DNA of 64,000 nucleotides from assembly GCA_973851085.1 (NCBI GenBank), contig OZ316775.1:7812001-7876000 (forward strand). Direction: 5' to 3'. Each line of letters opens with the position of its first letter. Positions within the stretch are counted from its first letter, which is position 1. The stretch is from Ptychomitrium polyphyllum (taxonomy: Eukaryota). This document shows, in pieces, positions 51,899 to 64,000 of this stretch. Both the position numbers and the translations under genes were made by a program. Below the pieces are notes generated by a model, which saw nothing but the letters and a program-made list of their open reading frames with translations, made no database searches and was not told where the DNA came from.

Positions 51899-54800
51899 TC
51901 AGATCAAAGACAGAGTCGGCGATACCACTCTCTCGGGAAGACTGCTGTTATCGTGAGCCCAAAACGAGTGCTTGGACGCCGAAGAAGACGAGCTCAAAGC
52001 ATGAGTTGGAGTGCCCAAAGGGCTGAAGGCAGGCGTCGAAAAAGCAGTTGCAGCTACACAACCCATGGGAGGTGAATATGGAACCCTTACACGAGGTTTC
52101 ACATGATTAGCCGAAAACGTCTGCCCACCAACAAAGCCAAGCTTCGAAGACTCCGAGCTCCCTGCTCCATCACTGGGGTACAGCTGGTCAGGTAAGTCGT
52201 GGACAGACGCTGGAGAGGCAGGCCGGCTGTCATCCAAACCCAAAGTGGACCCCTCTGAGAAAAACCCTTTGAAATGAGTTGCGTATAGAGCTGCTGCAGT
52301 GGGGCTCATGTCACCTACAAAGCCAGTAGTGCCTAGAGACGAGACCTCAGAATGTTGGAGATGATCTGGCACCAACAAGCGGTGGAAGCTGTTGACATGG
52401 TCAACCTCCTTCTCAAATCCTGTCTGGAAGTTGGATCCGGGGTTGGAGCTGCATTGACTGAGGTTACCGAAGTGGTTACCCCAGATATCATACACCAGCT
52501 CCCCTGAGCTTTGCTCAGAAAGGGAAGTGCTCGCATGCCAAGAGGCGCTCGAACCACCCAGTTCTCTGTCCACGCGGCCGTCATGCAGCTCAGGGCTCGC
52601 AGTTATCCCGAGGCTGCTCCAACTGGGTTCGCCTGCAGGTGCCTGTTTCGTTATCTTAGCCCCGGGAGCTCGCAAAGCTGGTTCGATAACAGGTGGGGGC
52701 ACAACGGAAGTATCGAACGAGTCAATCCCGAAGTCACGAGAGGAGTTGACCCATGATCCTCCAGGACGAGAATTGAGTCGTGGAAACGTTGCTGAGGTGG
52801 TGAAACAGGCAGCACCTCCAGGCCCAGCTTCCGACCCTGCAAACATATTATTACCTACCCTTTGGTGATGATGACGACTCGCTCGGTACGAATGGCTTCC
52901 ATCGCCAGAATCCAACCCTTTGGTAAAGCCGGTGCTTGGCGTCTTCTTGCGAGCAATAGCAGCCCATTCACTAATGTTGCTCTTCTTGCCAACACCTGGT
53001 CCTCCGCCTCTCTCTAATGGTGACTGCTTACGATGCTCCGCTGCTTTGCCTTGCAGCCTCGGTTGCAATGGAGTAGAGGCTGCAACACTACGCCGAGGGC
53101 TTTCAGTTCCTGAAGTGGCTGGTGCAAGGTTCGTAACTTTTAATGAGTTGAGTACTTTAACCTTCAGTTTCGGAAGTGGTGCAGCTTCTGCAAGGTCTAC
53201 AGATCCCGAGCTCCGTGGGCTCAAGGACGCCGTCGACTGATCAGATTTCTTATCAGGAGATGGAGGACTGACAGACCAAGTGGAACGGGAGGGTGTCACT
53301 GGAGAGGCAGGTGATGCCGGTGACATACCTCCACTAACGCCCAAATTCGAAGCCGCATCATGCCTGCCCGATCTCTTCCTGCGCTTCCTTTTCTCGCGTT
53401 CAACTGGAGGAGCGCAGGGTACCTTCTGACCCACTGGGACGCTGGAATGAGTGTTTATACTCTTAGGCTGAGTATCAGGAGGCTTAGAATCAATGATAGA
53501 CTCTGCACTTCGTGCAGAGCGTATCGCTTTTACAGGTTCTACTTCTGGTACCGTTGCACCTGCACCCGTTGTATCCTTCGCACCGCTGTCTAAATCGACA
53601 GAATCCTCCACGAAAACGGTATGCCTTGAATTGTTTTCCGGTCTCAAAAACTTCGAAGCCTTGGGCTGCTTCACAGAGGGTGGATGGTGGTTTGAATCCC
53701 TAGCAGTAGCAAGCGATCCGCCACTCACTGTCTCCCCATTACCTTTACTGCTACGGCTCTGCTCGGACTTAGCAGCGCTATTATTCTTCCTATCTGCGCT
53801 TCCTTTTCGACCCCCTGTCTGCAGTGATCCTGCCCCAGATGCACCAGATCCCCCCGTTGATGACTTCAGCGGTGATGTTGCAGTCTGTGTAGGTGTTTGT
53901 GCTGGTGTCATGGACCGAGGTAGACTATAGTCCGGGGAGGGAGTGTTACAATCCTTAGTCCATAACGAGGATCCAAAGGCTGTCCAAATACCATCTACCA
54001 CCGTAGCAAGAGCTCCCCAGCCCCACATCTTCTTTATAAACGGGCTGACTCGGCTCGAGCTTCTTCGATGATACCCGCCCTTTCTAAGGTCACCCGATAA
54101 TGTAGGCAGTTCGGTATCATGCACAACTACTTGGAAGAAAATGAGTGCACCTACTATAAGACCGCAAATCAGAAAACCCAAAAACAGCTTGTAATCCAGC
54201 AAGTCCGCGATTCCACCTGTGTGAGCACTCCCAAGGTCCCCAACTGTTCCTGAGCTTCCCGTCACAAACGCCATAGCAGGAGGGGAGTGGAGACACTGCA
54301 GTACCATCGCACTGTATGGAATTTCAATCAAATGGCCAATTGTGCAGTTGGTGCGCACCACGATCTTCTGCGATTTCCTACACGCACTGAACTCGTAAGG
54401 CTGGTTCTGGCCGCTATAAGTGACATTGGCCACTTCAGTCTTTAGATTTGGTAGCAGTAGTTTTCCCTTTTCATAATTAATTTTAATTTTGGGATCTCTA
54501 GGCACTTCATATATTTCCTCTATCTGCGACGGAAGCCAAACAATAATATCTTCATCAGCATTGCAAAATTGATAACCCCAGATCTCTGCGTCATTTAATA
54601 GAACAGACGAAGACTAGTGACTATTTCTCAACTACTAATCAAGTGAGCCAAATATTAGCTACTGCAGTCATTGTCAATAATGAACGTTAAATATAAACGC
54701 GTTTTGACCAAAACGTGAGATCTCTAGGTAGATGATACTCAATACATTAGTCAATATAAGAAAGGGATATACAGAATGTTCTGACCTGCACTAACTGCTC

Positions 54801-56214
54801 GCCAGAATTTTGAAGGACCAAGGACTGTGAGCTTGCCTGATCAGCGACCAGCACTCCAAAGTCCAACGTATCAGAAACTGACAGCACAGGTGACGGTCGA
54901 GAGATTCTTGAGCTGAACGGGTATACTAAAGTGACCCCCTTACTATCAAGAGGAGGCCCAGTAACTCGAATCTGGAACGACCCCCGAAATACTTCCCCTT
55001 GCTTCAGACATATTTTGAAATCTACGATGTCCCTCCTCGATTGACCTGAAAGTTCCCATGTCTCCCCTGCTCTCATTAACAGCCCATATTGATCCTGACT
55101 ACTTTTGCCGTCATGTCTCAAGCAGTCTTCTGCTTCAATAATAATCTCATTTTCTAAGGTGGATAAGCTAGCAAGATCCGATGTTTTCCCCTTTTCTTCA
55201 CTGTTCTCACCACTCTTTTCCCGCGAGGCTACAGCTTCCTCCACGAATAAGGTTTCATTAAAGGGATTAAAGAGAGAAATCACACAGTGCGACTTCTCCA
55301 ATTGAGAAGAGAGAATAGGACCCTCCGGAGTACACAATGAGGAGCTTCTGTCCCCCGAGGATTCCTTGGAACAGTCACGCAATTCGGAAAACCCATCAGT
55401 TTCAAGAGCAGGAGACAGATCAGAAGCAGCACATGTCACTTGCTGGCCAGCTCGAACAAGGGCTCTACATGACTGTAGCTCAACCTTCTCGTCTGGTGCT
55501 GCACTGCGCGCTTCAGACTGATCTGAATCTCCAGAGGAGTCAAAACCGCTATGCTGGCTAATTCGCTCCTCAATTGCATTATCTAGTTCAGATCCACTAG
55601 TCGCGTCCTCATGCCTCTTATCAGGACCTCCACTGTCAACACTTTGAGAGGCTGTCCCTACTTCATTCGAATCTGCAAAAATGAGCGCCTGGCAGCCATG
55701 AGTTCTCCCGAAACAAAAGCCATTCATTCAGCATACGTAACTTGCAATTCAAATGCGACACAAATAGCGAGCATCTGATTCCCTCAGAAACATTTATTTT
55801 AATTTTCAAGCTCGTTGCTTCAATAACTATCCATGGACACTACCCGTGTAGTAAGGGATAGAAATCATCCACTAAGCATGAGAAACAAGTGACATAATCT
55901 CAGACCACCACAACCATCCTTCTCAATATCAAGTTACCAGTGGTGTAAAAACTAGATTTCTCTGATAAAAAATCTAAGACTCGTTAAGCTGTGACAAAAA
56001 TATACGGCAACAGATTTTTTAAAGTGCAAAACCCACTCAGTCCAGAAAAGATGCTGCACAAAACATTACCTTTCCAAGTCACTCCTAAAATCTCCGGTCC
56101 GTCACCAAGAGGTGGTAAACGCTCTGTGTCTGCCTGTACTTTACCGACCTCGGCGTTTGCCATGGGTGGCATGCAAAGTAGCAGGAACAGAAGCGCCCAC
56201 GTAAGAAACAGCAT
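51899..56214 (-). CDS. TMEM131-like single-pass membrane protein (~1218 aa): signal peptide, beta-rich lumenal region, TM helix, long Ser/Pro-rich tail
   Basis: Exons 56214-56070, 55672-54786, 54523-51899, GT-AG and in phase (3657 nt). Signal-like MLFLTWALLFLLLCMPPMANA; ISLFNPFNETLFVEE and LDFGVL...LVLQNSG segments; TM LFLGFLICGLIVGALIFFQVVV; basic EKRKRRKRSG; C-terminal YDIWGNHF, recalled from plant TMEM131-like proteins. An in-frame upstream exon (56722-56550, ATG 56581) may extend the N-terminus. The CDS is well supported; the family name is less certain. Confidence 0.78.
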
Positions 56215-58849
56215 TGCCAGCTCAAACCCGCGGGGTGCCTCACCGCAGCACCACCATGACCTAAATAATTCCACGTACATCAGAAAGATAATAAAGATAA
56301 ACTCTGTACCTCGTAAGACAACCCTAAACGACCCAAGCCTAACAAAAGAGCAAACGAAGACGACAGAAACGTGAAGCCAAACACGAGGACCAGGTGAAAC
56401 CTCGTCCATATCCATTACTGGACAAGACTTACGCGTCACGCGTACTCAACTCACAGACAACAAGATAAAGCAGGCTCCTGCTATCATAATTCGGAAACAT
56501 CAACTTAAACTTTTGGCTCAAAGATGAAATGGTTCTGCCCTGTATTCACCATAACGTAGCAAGCTTATCTTCCAGAAGCATCAGTGAGTGTAAGGAACGT
56601 ACCGATTTCCCAGCTTCGAGCTCACACGGGAGCAGTCGATGTAAAGGCTGCTGTTGTATTTCTCCCCACTCTCGCCCACTGACAAGACACCTTCGTGCGG
56701 ACTCCAACACCAGGACGCCACGCTGATGAGGACCGAGAAAGTGACGAAAAGCAGAAAGAATGGGAGCGAACCAACAAAAAATAACGGCGAGAACGAAGTA
56801 AAAGCGAGGCAAGACAGGAGAGTCGGTACTGCCTGCACTGTCAAAATCACCAGTAACGACACTGCCATAGCCACACCACACCCTTGCTACATGTATCTCC
56901 TACAGAAACCATCAGTGGCACCATCACCCGAACTGGAACTGCAACAACTCTTCCGTTGCCATGATCATCCTCCTCCACGCAATCCTTTCCCGGATTTCCT
57001 CCATCCTCCAGTCCTCTTCCTTAAAATACCTCAGCCATACTTGGCTGCCCAATGCCCACGGAACAACATGTCAGAATACATGACCCAACCACTTGCACTT
57101 GAGAAGACACTGCGGTCTACATATACATCGCGTACTGCCACTTCAAGATGAACTGCTATAAAGAACCTCGAGATAAACCATCATAAACCCTAATAATGGG
57201 AACATGCGAAGGGTCCTGGAGCTACGCTACCCAGGTCCAAATCCGTCTGCAAGATGACAATATGCAACAACGGGAAGCACTTGCGGAGACATAATTGGCA
57301 TTTCTGCAACCATAGTTTCTAGTAGAAATTCATTGCAGTCAACAGTGTAAAAGGTCCCGATGCATTGCTTATGCAGTCGTGAAATGGACATCCTAACCGA
57401 TACCTCACTAAAGTAAGGGAGCAATAGACTGCTTACAAAATAAAAATACGAAGAACGGAATATGAAATGTTCAATGTTCAGCTTTTCTAGAACATCCTTT
57501 CACTTCCTACAATACGACACATCGAGACATAGAACCACCATCAGTCGACTGGAAGAGGTCACCCCACAAACCAAGACAAAAATTGCACGCCAGCTTACTA
57601 TATGTCAAAAAAAAATTGCCATAGTATCTTCTACAGGGCCGATTAATATTACGCAAAAAGACAACAATCGAAACTCGACGATGACATTTTCTGGGGGGGG
57701 AGTCCCTAAAAGTAAGGTTATTAGGAAACACTCTCGACTGTGAAAGGCTCCACCACCGCGACAAGCCTACCAGAAATCGAAAAAAATAGAACATAAGATT
57801 CTCCGACACTACTTCACGCTAAAGCACCAAAGGCCTCAAGCTCTCAAGAAAGATAAAACCTCCCTTCACAGCGATGGCCCAAGGAGTACGCTCCAATTCT
57901 TTAAACCTACATGCTTAGATGACGATGTTCCCTCAACGATGTGAGAAACCTCACAAGCCTGTTTCAAAGAGCCGTACTACTCTCACAAATCCACTCTCCG
58001 ACAGTGTAGGGTGTCTATCGTAGGGTTGTAGTACTTGTTCCAGTAGACACACCCGAGCTTGAAGAGATAACGCCCAAGCGCTGCAAATATCCCCCGAACT
58101 CTGTGTACATTGCATTTCTAATACCAGTCCACCACTGAACGAACTCTTTAACTTCAAAACTTGAAACTGCGAATTAGTTTTTTGATCGTCGAAAACTTCG
58201 CATTGACAGACCCCTAGCTTCCGCGTACCTCACACATGCGTCCAGAACCCCAATTCTACCCTCGTTTACCCCTCAAGTTCATCTCCCCAAGAGTCAAAGA
58301 AGAGCATACTAGAGTGGTGGCGAACCCGGCACCCTTGCCTCCAGCAGCTTTCCAGCACATACGCTTCTTCCAACTCATGCACCTGCAAGGCCAACGCGCC
58401 CCCACTATCAGCGAAGTCGCCACCTGCTCAAGAAAAAAAGAAAGCCACCCTTCAATGACACCAAGGGAGCAACAAACAAGACGTGCCTGCATACACAACA
58501 GCAGCACCAAAACACGCGTTCTAAAATAATCTACACCAAAACACACACTTACAAATACAAACCCAAACAAACGAAGCGACCACTCCAAAAAGACCACCTG
58601 ACAGCGAAAATGGCTGCGACAATCAAGACAGCAACCTCCATGACTCCACTTCCTACAACCACTCTCCCTTCACCACCACCACGAACCAAGAGATTCCCGA
58701 ATCCCATGACCCCTCCAAAATGGGAAAGAAAAAGATAAACACGAAACCTAAGCCTGTCGACCAGATTCTCCTCCTCCAAATCCTCCCACCCCACACCAAC
58801 ACTGCAACCAACAAACAACCACTAAAAAGACTCACTCACTCACTCACTG

Positions 58850-59640
58850 GCCACTACCCCTCATTCTCCAAAATCCATCCACGAAACCACTACCTTCCAC
58901 CCAATCTCCCAATCCCAAACCTCAACTTCAAACTCCAGACCTGCCACTCAAAGCTCCTAACTTGGCACTCCAAAACTCTAAACTCAGCACTAGGTTCAAA
59001 CTTGGAACTTCAAGCCTGAAGCTTGGCACCCTGAAGTTGAAAAATCCGCCCTCCTGCAAAGCCACTAGAGCTGCGCAGCGTGCTGTCGCCTCTGAAGTGT
59101 GTACCTGGTTGGCGCTGTTGCTGCGGCGTGCCTGTGGGCGTGCCACAGGATCCGGTCCGCCGTCTAGCAGCGCAAGAGGAGAGCTGCGAGTGTGGGCGCC
59201 TGGAAAGAGGCGGGGTTGCAGTAGGAGAGTGAGGAGTAAGATGGGGGTGGCCGCACAGGCCGAAACTTGGCACAAAACGACGCCCACTTGGCTGGAACTG
59301 GGCTATGGCGGGGGAGACAAACGGTTTGTCTCTGCGCCCAACCTTATGGCCTGCCCTGCCGTGCCCAGCCCAGCCCAGCCCTTCCCCTTTCCCTCTAGGG
59401 ACTGCGACCTCACTACACTACTCACTTGCAAACGCCCCTGTCCCTCGACGAGGTGCAGCTGAGGAAGCACATTCCAAGTCACACCTCGCTCCGTTGTCCC
59501 CACACTCAGTCGCGGTCCGCAGTCCACACCAGGGTGCCCCACCCTCCTCGGTCGCGCACTCTCCACGGTCTCTGTGGGCGTCTGTCCCTGGTTCCGTCCT
59601 TTCACTTTACCGTCGTACGGCTTCCTTTCGTCGGGTGAGT
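58850..59640. promoter_or_regulatory. GC-rich probable bidirectional promoter / first-exon region
   Basis: CpG-rich island upstream of the TMEM131-like gene; pyrimidine-rich leader-like sequence on + ending in a strong donor CGG/GTGAGT at 59635, suggesting a divergent + strand transcript whose CDS is not identified here. Confidence 0.4.
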
Positions 59641-60199
59641 ATGCTCTCCGGCGGCAGGGGTCGGTCTTCGTCGACGAAGATCCAGTTTATCGCCGCGACC
59701 GCTCGGTGTAGCGTGGGTTATGTGGGTCATTTCGTCCAGGGCGGTTGCGTAGCTACGGAGAGGGAGGACAAGGGTTGGGGCTGGGGGCGTGGAACTGCAC
59801 CGCCACGGATGACTAGATCTCCCGATGTGTACCCTGCTGATGCGGGCAGATTCCTTTGATGGCGCTCCGCCCTCAACTTCATCTTCCCGTTCTACTGGTG
59901 GAAAGGAGGCTTTTACTATCTGGGTTTTTTACTGTTTGCTGGCTCTGCAGCGTTGTTGGTTCTCGTGCTGGAACATGGACAGGAAGTTTTGCGATTGTGG
60001 TGGAATTTGTTGAGTTCAACCAGGTTTCTTGAATTGGAAATCCTGTTCCTTTGAACAAGTTTTGTAATCAAGACATTTTCGTGAATCGAATTCTACAACA
60101 AGACCTTGACTCCCTGACCATAGTTGGGACTTCAGGTTATTCATTTTAATATGGTATGATTTTACCTTTCATATGGTAGCACTTTGTTTCTATAAAAAG

Positions 60200-61740
60200 C
60201 ACATGTAGGCTGGTTAGTGGTGCATTTGAACAACTTTGACATCCATAGAATCTTTTCATCCATCTTCTATTGTAAACTCCGCTCACATACCTATCAGTTA
60301 GGCAGCAAAGGTCCATTTGTTTGTGTGTTCTCTATTATCAACATGCAAAGCCATTTCAAGTAGGATATTACACGTAAATTGTTTCAGTGGTACGCTTGAA
60401 TAAGTCTCTGCCATCCATAGGTTCTTTCATGTTTCTTCTTATCTAGACTTTGCTCAAACACAACTATCACATGGGATGCAAATATCTGCTTCCTCATGTT
60501 TTCTATGCTATCTACGTGCAAAGCTATTGCAAGTAGGATATTATATGTGGACTGTTTGGTGGTACACTTGAGCAAGACTCTGCCATCCACATGTCATATA
60601 TAACAATCACTTGGTCAGGAAAGATCCATATGCTAGTGTATTCTTTCATATCCACATGCAAAGCCACTCCAAGTAGAACATTGCATGTAGGCTGGTTAGT
60701 GGTGCATTTGAACAACTTTGACATCCATAGAATCTTTTCATCCATCTTCTATTGTAAACTCCGCTCACATACCTATCAGTTAGGCAGCAAAGGTCCATTT
60801 GTTTGTGTGTTCTCTATCATCAACATGCAAAGTCATTTCAAGTAGGATATTACACGTAAATTGTTTCAGTGGTACGCTTGAATAAGTCTCTGCCATCCAT
60901 AGGTTCTTTCATGTTTCTTCTTATCTAGACTTTGCTCAAACACAACTATCACATGGGATGCAAATATTTGCTTCCTCATGTTTTCTATGTTATCTACGTG
61001 CAAAGCTATTGTAAGTAGGATATTATATGTGGATTGTTTGGTGGTACACTTGAGCAAGACTCTGCCATCCACATGTCATATATAACAATCACTTGGTCAG
61101 AAAAGATCCATATGCTAATGTATTCTTTCATATCCACATGCAAAGCCATTCCAAGTAGAACATTGCATGTAGACTGGTTAGTGGTGCATTTGAACAACTT
61201 AGGCAGGCAGCAAAGGTTCATTTCTTTGTGTGTTCTCTATCATCAATATGCAAAGCCATTGAAATAAGATATTACACGTAAATTGATTCAGAGGTACGCT
61301 TGGATAAGTTTCTATAGGTTCTTTTATATTTCTTCTTACCTAAACTTTGCTAAAACACAACTATCACTTGGAATATAGTTATACTTATATAATTGTATTC
61401 ACTTTTAGCTTTATCCAAAGCTACTTTAGACAGAATATCACACATAAGTTATTTGGTGGTATGGTATGACAATTTTGCCATTCATTGATTTTTTTATCCA
61501 TTGTTTATTATGAACTCCACTCATACAAGGCTATCACTTGGGCATAAAGATCCATCTAATTCTATATTGATTATAAAACTTACTTAAACATAACCATCAT
61601 TTGAGGTACAAAGCTCTATGTGCTAGTGTATTTTGTGCTATCTGCTTATAATACTATTTTTAATCAAACATTGCACATAAGTTGGTGGTGCACTTGAATA
61701 ATTTTGGCATCCATGGATTCTTTTCATCTTTCTTCAAACA
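60200..61740. repeat. Tandem repeat: 482-bp higher-order unit of three diverged monomers (173/140/169 bp), ~2.3 copies plus degenerate monomers
   Basis: Anchor TGCAAAG at 60344, 60517, 60657, 60826, 60999, 61139, 61249; exact 482-bp offsets (60344/60826, 60517/60999, 60657/61139); third unit has a ~59-bp deletion. Confidence 0.92.
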
Positions 61741-62268
61741 TGAAATTTATTAACAAATGATTAACATTTAGTTTGTAAAAGATACATTTGCTTTGAAATG
61801 TTAATGCTTTAAAAGAATTTAGTGAAATATCTTAAAGTCTTGGAAAGTTTTTATGTGTTTATTGTTAATAAAAATTGAATAGGTTTGTGATTAATAAAAT
61901 CATGTTTAGCAAACTTATGAAATTTTTCTTTCCAAGGTGTTTGAAATAATTTTTCATATATATATTGCTATATATTTTTCCCATTTTATCCCGATAATAT
62001 GATTTGGAATAATCCTATGGCTTCATCTTTGGTCAAAAATTTAATATGGACCTAAAACTTTTCCTTGCAGAAAAAGACCACCTTGAAATTGTGTACTTAA
62101 TAAAGTAGTATTTGTAAACTCATAACGGTTGCTTCAGAAAGTAAGGTAGTGACCAAAGATCCTTGGCAAGGTTGACTCTATGGTTGTAAGCTCCGCCTTG
62201 TCAACAAAGAAAACACACTGTAAGTGCAGAATTATATATCATTTATCACTGTTACAACATGACAAATT

Positions 62269-62297
62269 GGGGGGGGGAGGGGGGGGAGGGAGGGGGG
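62269..62297 (+). repeat. G-rich tract with G-quadruplex potential
   Basis: Four G runs (9, 8, 3 and 6 nt) separated by single A residues. Confidence 0.8.
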
Positions 62298-64000
62298 AGA
62301 GTTGAAGCATATTGGGATGATTTTAAATGTTTCTAAATGTGTATGTGTACTGTTGAAGTACATGTTGAAATTCAAAGGTCACTCGGTTCCTTGCTACAAT
62401 AACCTTGAGAAGCAGCTTGCATCATAATGCTGGCCTTTGTACCTGAATAAAAGCTTGGACAGTCATCCAACATCTCCTGAGATAACCGTCATCTAACTTC
62501 AAAGATGATGAAGGCCAGATTCCCTTCCCACCACTCAAGCACAAACACTGTATCCACAGTAATTATCCATGTATTGGAGGCATGAATATTTGTGTTTTCA
62601 TCGTTGCACAGATTGAGAAGCTTATTCCATGGGAGAAGGGTAACATTCAAGTTAGTTTTTGAAGCCTAACCTGAAATAGACTTTTACAGTCCAAGGATCT
62701 TTGATTGGGACACAACAGTATTCATAATATCTCAGAGATTTGATACTGTATGCAGTACTGTACACTTCTTAGGACACAAAGTTAGCCGATTGAGCTGCGA
62801 ATGAAACACACTTTCATTGGGAGCACTTCACTTCCCTGACTAGTTATGATACCATACCACATTTCTGTGTTGAGACTATGAAGGAGTAACTTATGTCAGC
62901 TGTGTAAACTCTATCAAATTTACTCCTCCATCCCAGCTGGACTACTGTAGTCTATTGTTTAAGTTTATGACAATTTATGACTTACAGGATTTTCCAACTT
63001 AGAATTTCAAATGATGTCCTGGAATCTGTGAATCCTTAAGATTGACTACAGATTTACATCTGGCATCTGGAATCTTGGAAAGGATAGCAAAATATATGTA
63101 TAAATTATTGCAGGCTCAAATAGTTCTATAAACCAATATTCTATCAATAAGAAAAGGTTCAAAAAGTTATGCTTGAGCAATGACCTTGTAGCCATTTTTA
63201 GAATATAACAGAGGGTTTGACTCAATTCCACCTTACCTAGTTCCTACCTTGAAGATCACTATTCACTGCAAATTCCACACATGGTGCCACAGGCCTTTGG
63301 TATTTTATGAAATTTGGCTTGTTACTGGCTCAATCATATGAAATTATGAAGGGTAAAACAGACAGACTACAGTGCTTGGAAACTTTGGGACAAAACACTA
63401 TAGCCAAAAGATTGACCAACCTGGCCACTACCCAGCTATCTCTAATGATCTCAATTGTGAAGAAACCTTGGCAGCCAAGGCAACACTCGTAAAGACTCCT
63501 GCACATCTTTGCAGGTGCTGAATATTCAAAATGAAAAGGAGCCATGATCCCTTTGATATGGAAAAGAGAAAGAGACTCTAAACACTTGGTTCTTCTTTAA
63601 CTAAAGATAAGGGATAGAATGCTTCTTGATAGGAGCTTACAATTTTAGTAAATGGGGGACGATGGGATCACTAAACCTGTGGCTAAGCACAGACCAAACA
63701 TATGATGGTGATGCCACTACTACTTCCCTAACTCTAACTCCGCTGCCTGCCATCTTATTTTACTCAATCATATTCAAGACTAAGCATTCAATCTCATCCT
63801 GGCACAGCCTTGGTATAGGGTCAAAATGCTATTTCAAACATACAGGCACTTGTCACCTTCAACACCAAAAATGAGATTTTACACAACCTTTGGCACTAAA
63901 AATGTCTTTTGCCCCTGCCTATATCCTGCCTATATCAGTTATATATAAGCATTCAGAGTAACCAGCAGTTCCCATTGGAGGAGCACTGAGCTCAACAATG

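Noticed and set aside
52333..55561. Antisense ORFs within the TMEM131-like exons
   Set aside because: Shadow ORFs opposite long coding exons.
58928..59859. ORFs of 87-184 aa on both strands
   Set aside because: GC-rich promoter-like island with few stops by composition; low-complexity translations, mostly non-ATG starts.
60200..61350. CRISPR-like array or duplicated small genes (ORFs 60384-60590 and 60866-61072 etc.)
   Set aside because: The intervals between anchors are themselves repeated, there are no unique spacers or cas genes, and the ORFs are by-products of the tandem repeat.

Overview
Eukaryotic, intron-rich land-plant nuclear DNA, most likely a moss (inferred from a PHYSCODILLO-type ARABIDILLO gene and the gene/intron style). 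Intact genes: (1) the 3' part of a callose synthase on + (207-8485, 16 visible exons, CalS11/12-like C-terminus); (2) an ARABIDILLO/PHYSCODILLO F-box-LRR-ARM gene on - (12243-17700, 11 exons, ~948 aa); (3) a complete ~48-exon CalS9/10-like callose synthase on - (23958-41612); (4) a TMEM131-like single-pass membrane protein on - (51899-56214, ~1218 aa). Between them lie decayed accessory sequences: an unidentified decayed coding block with a perfect hairpin (8.9-10.5 kb), a probable PIF/Harbinger remnant (10.6-12.0 kb), a fasciclin (FAS1) pseudogene whose stops all fit C-to-T changes (43.9-44.7 kb), two solo LTRs of one family in inverted orientation, each with its own 5-bp TSD (47.8-49.1 kb), and a 482-bp higher-order tandem repeat of ~170-bp monomers (60.2-61.7 kb). 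The most unexpected signal, only fragments of which appear in the ORF track, is a spliced but decayed minus-strand gene at ~20.5-21.9 kb whose manual reconstruction follows the motif order of a beta-class N4-cytosine/N6-adenine DNA methyltransferase. All calls come from reading the sequence by eye; no database searches were run.
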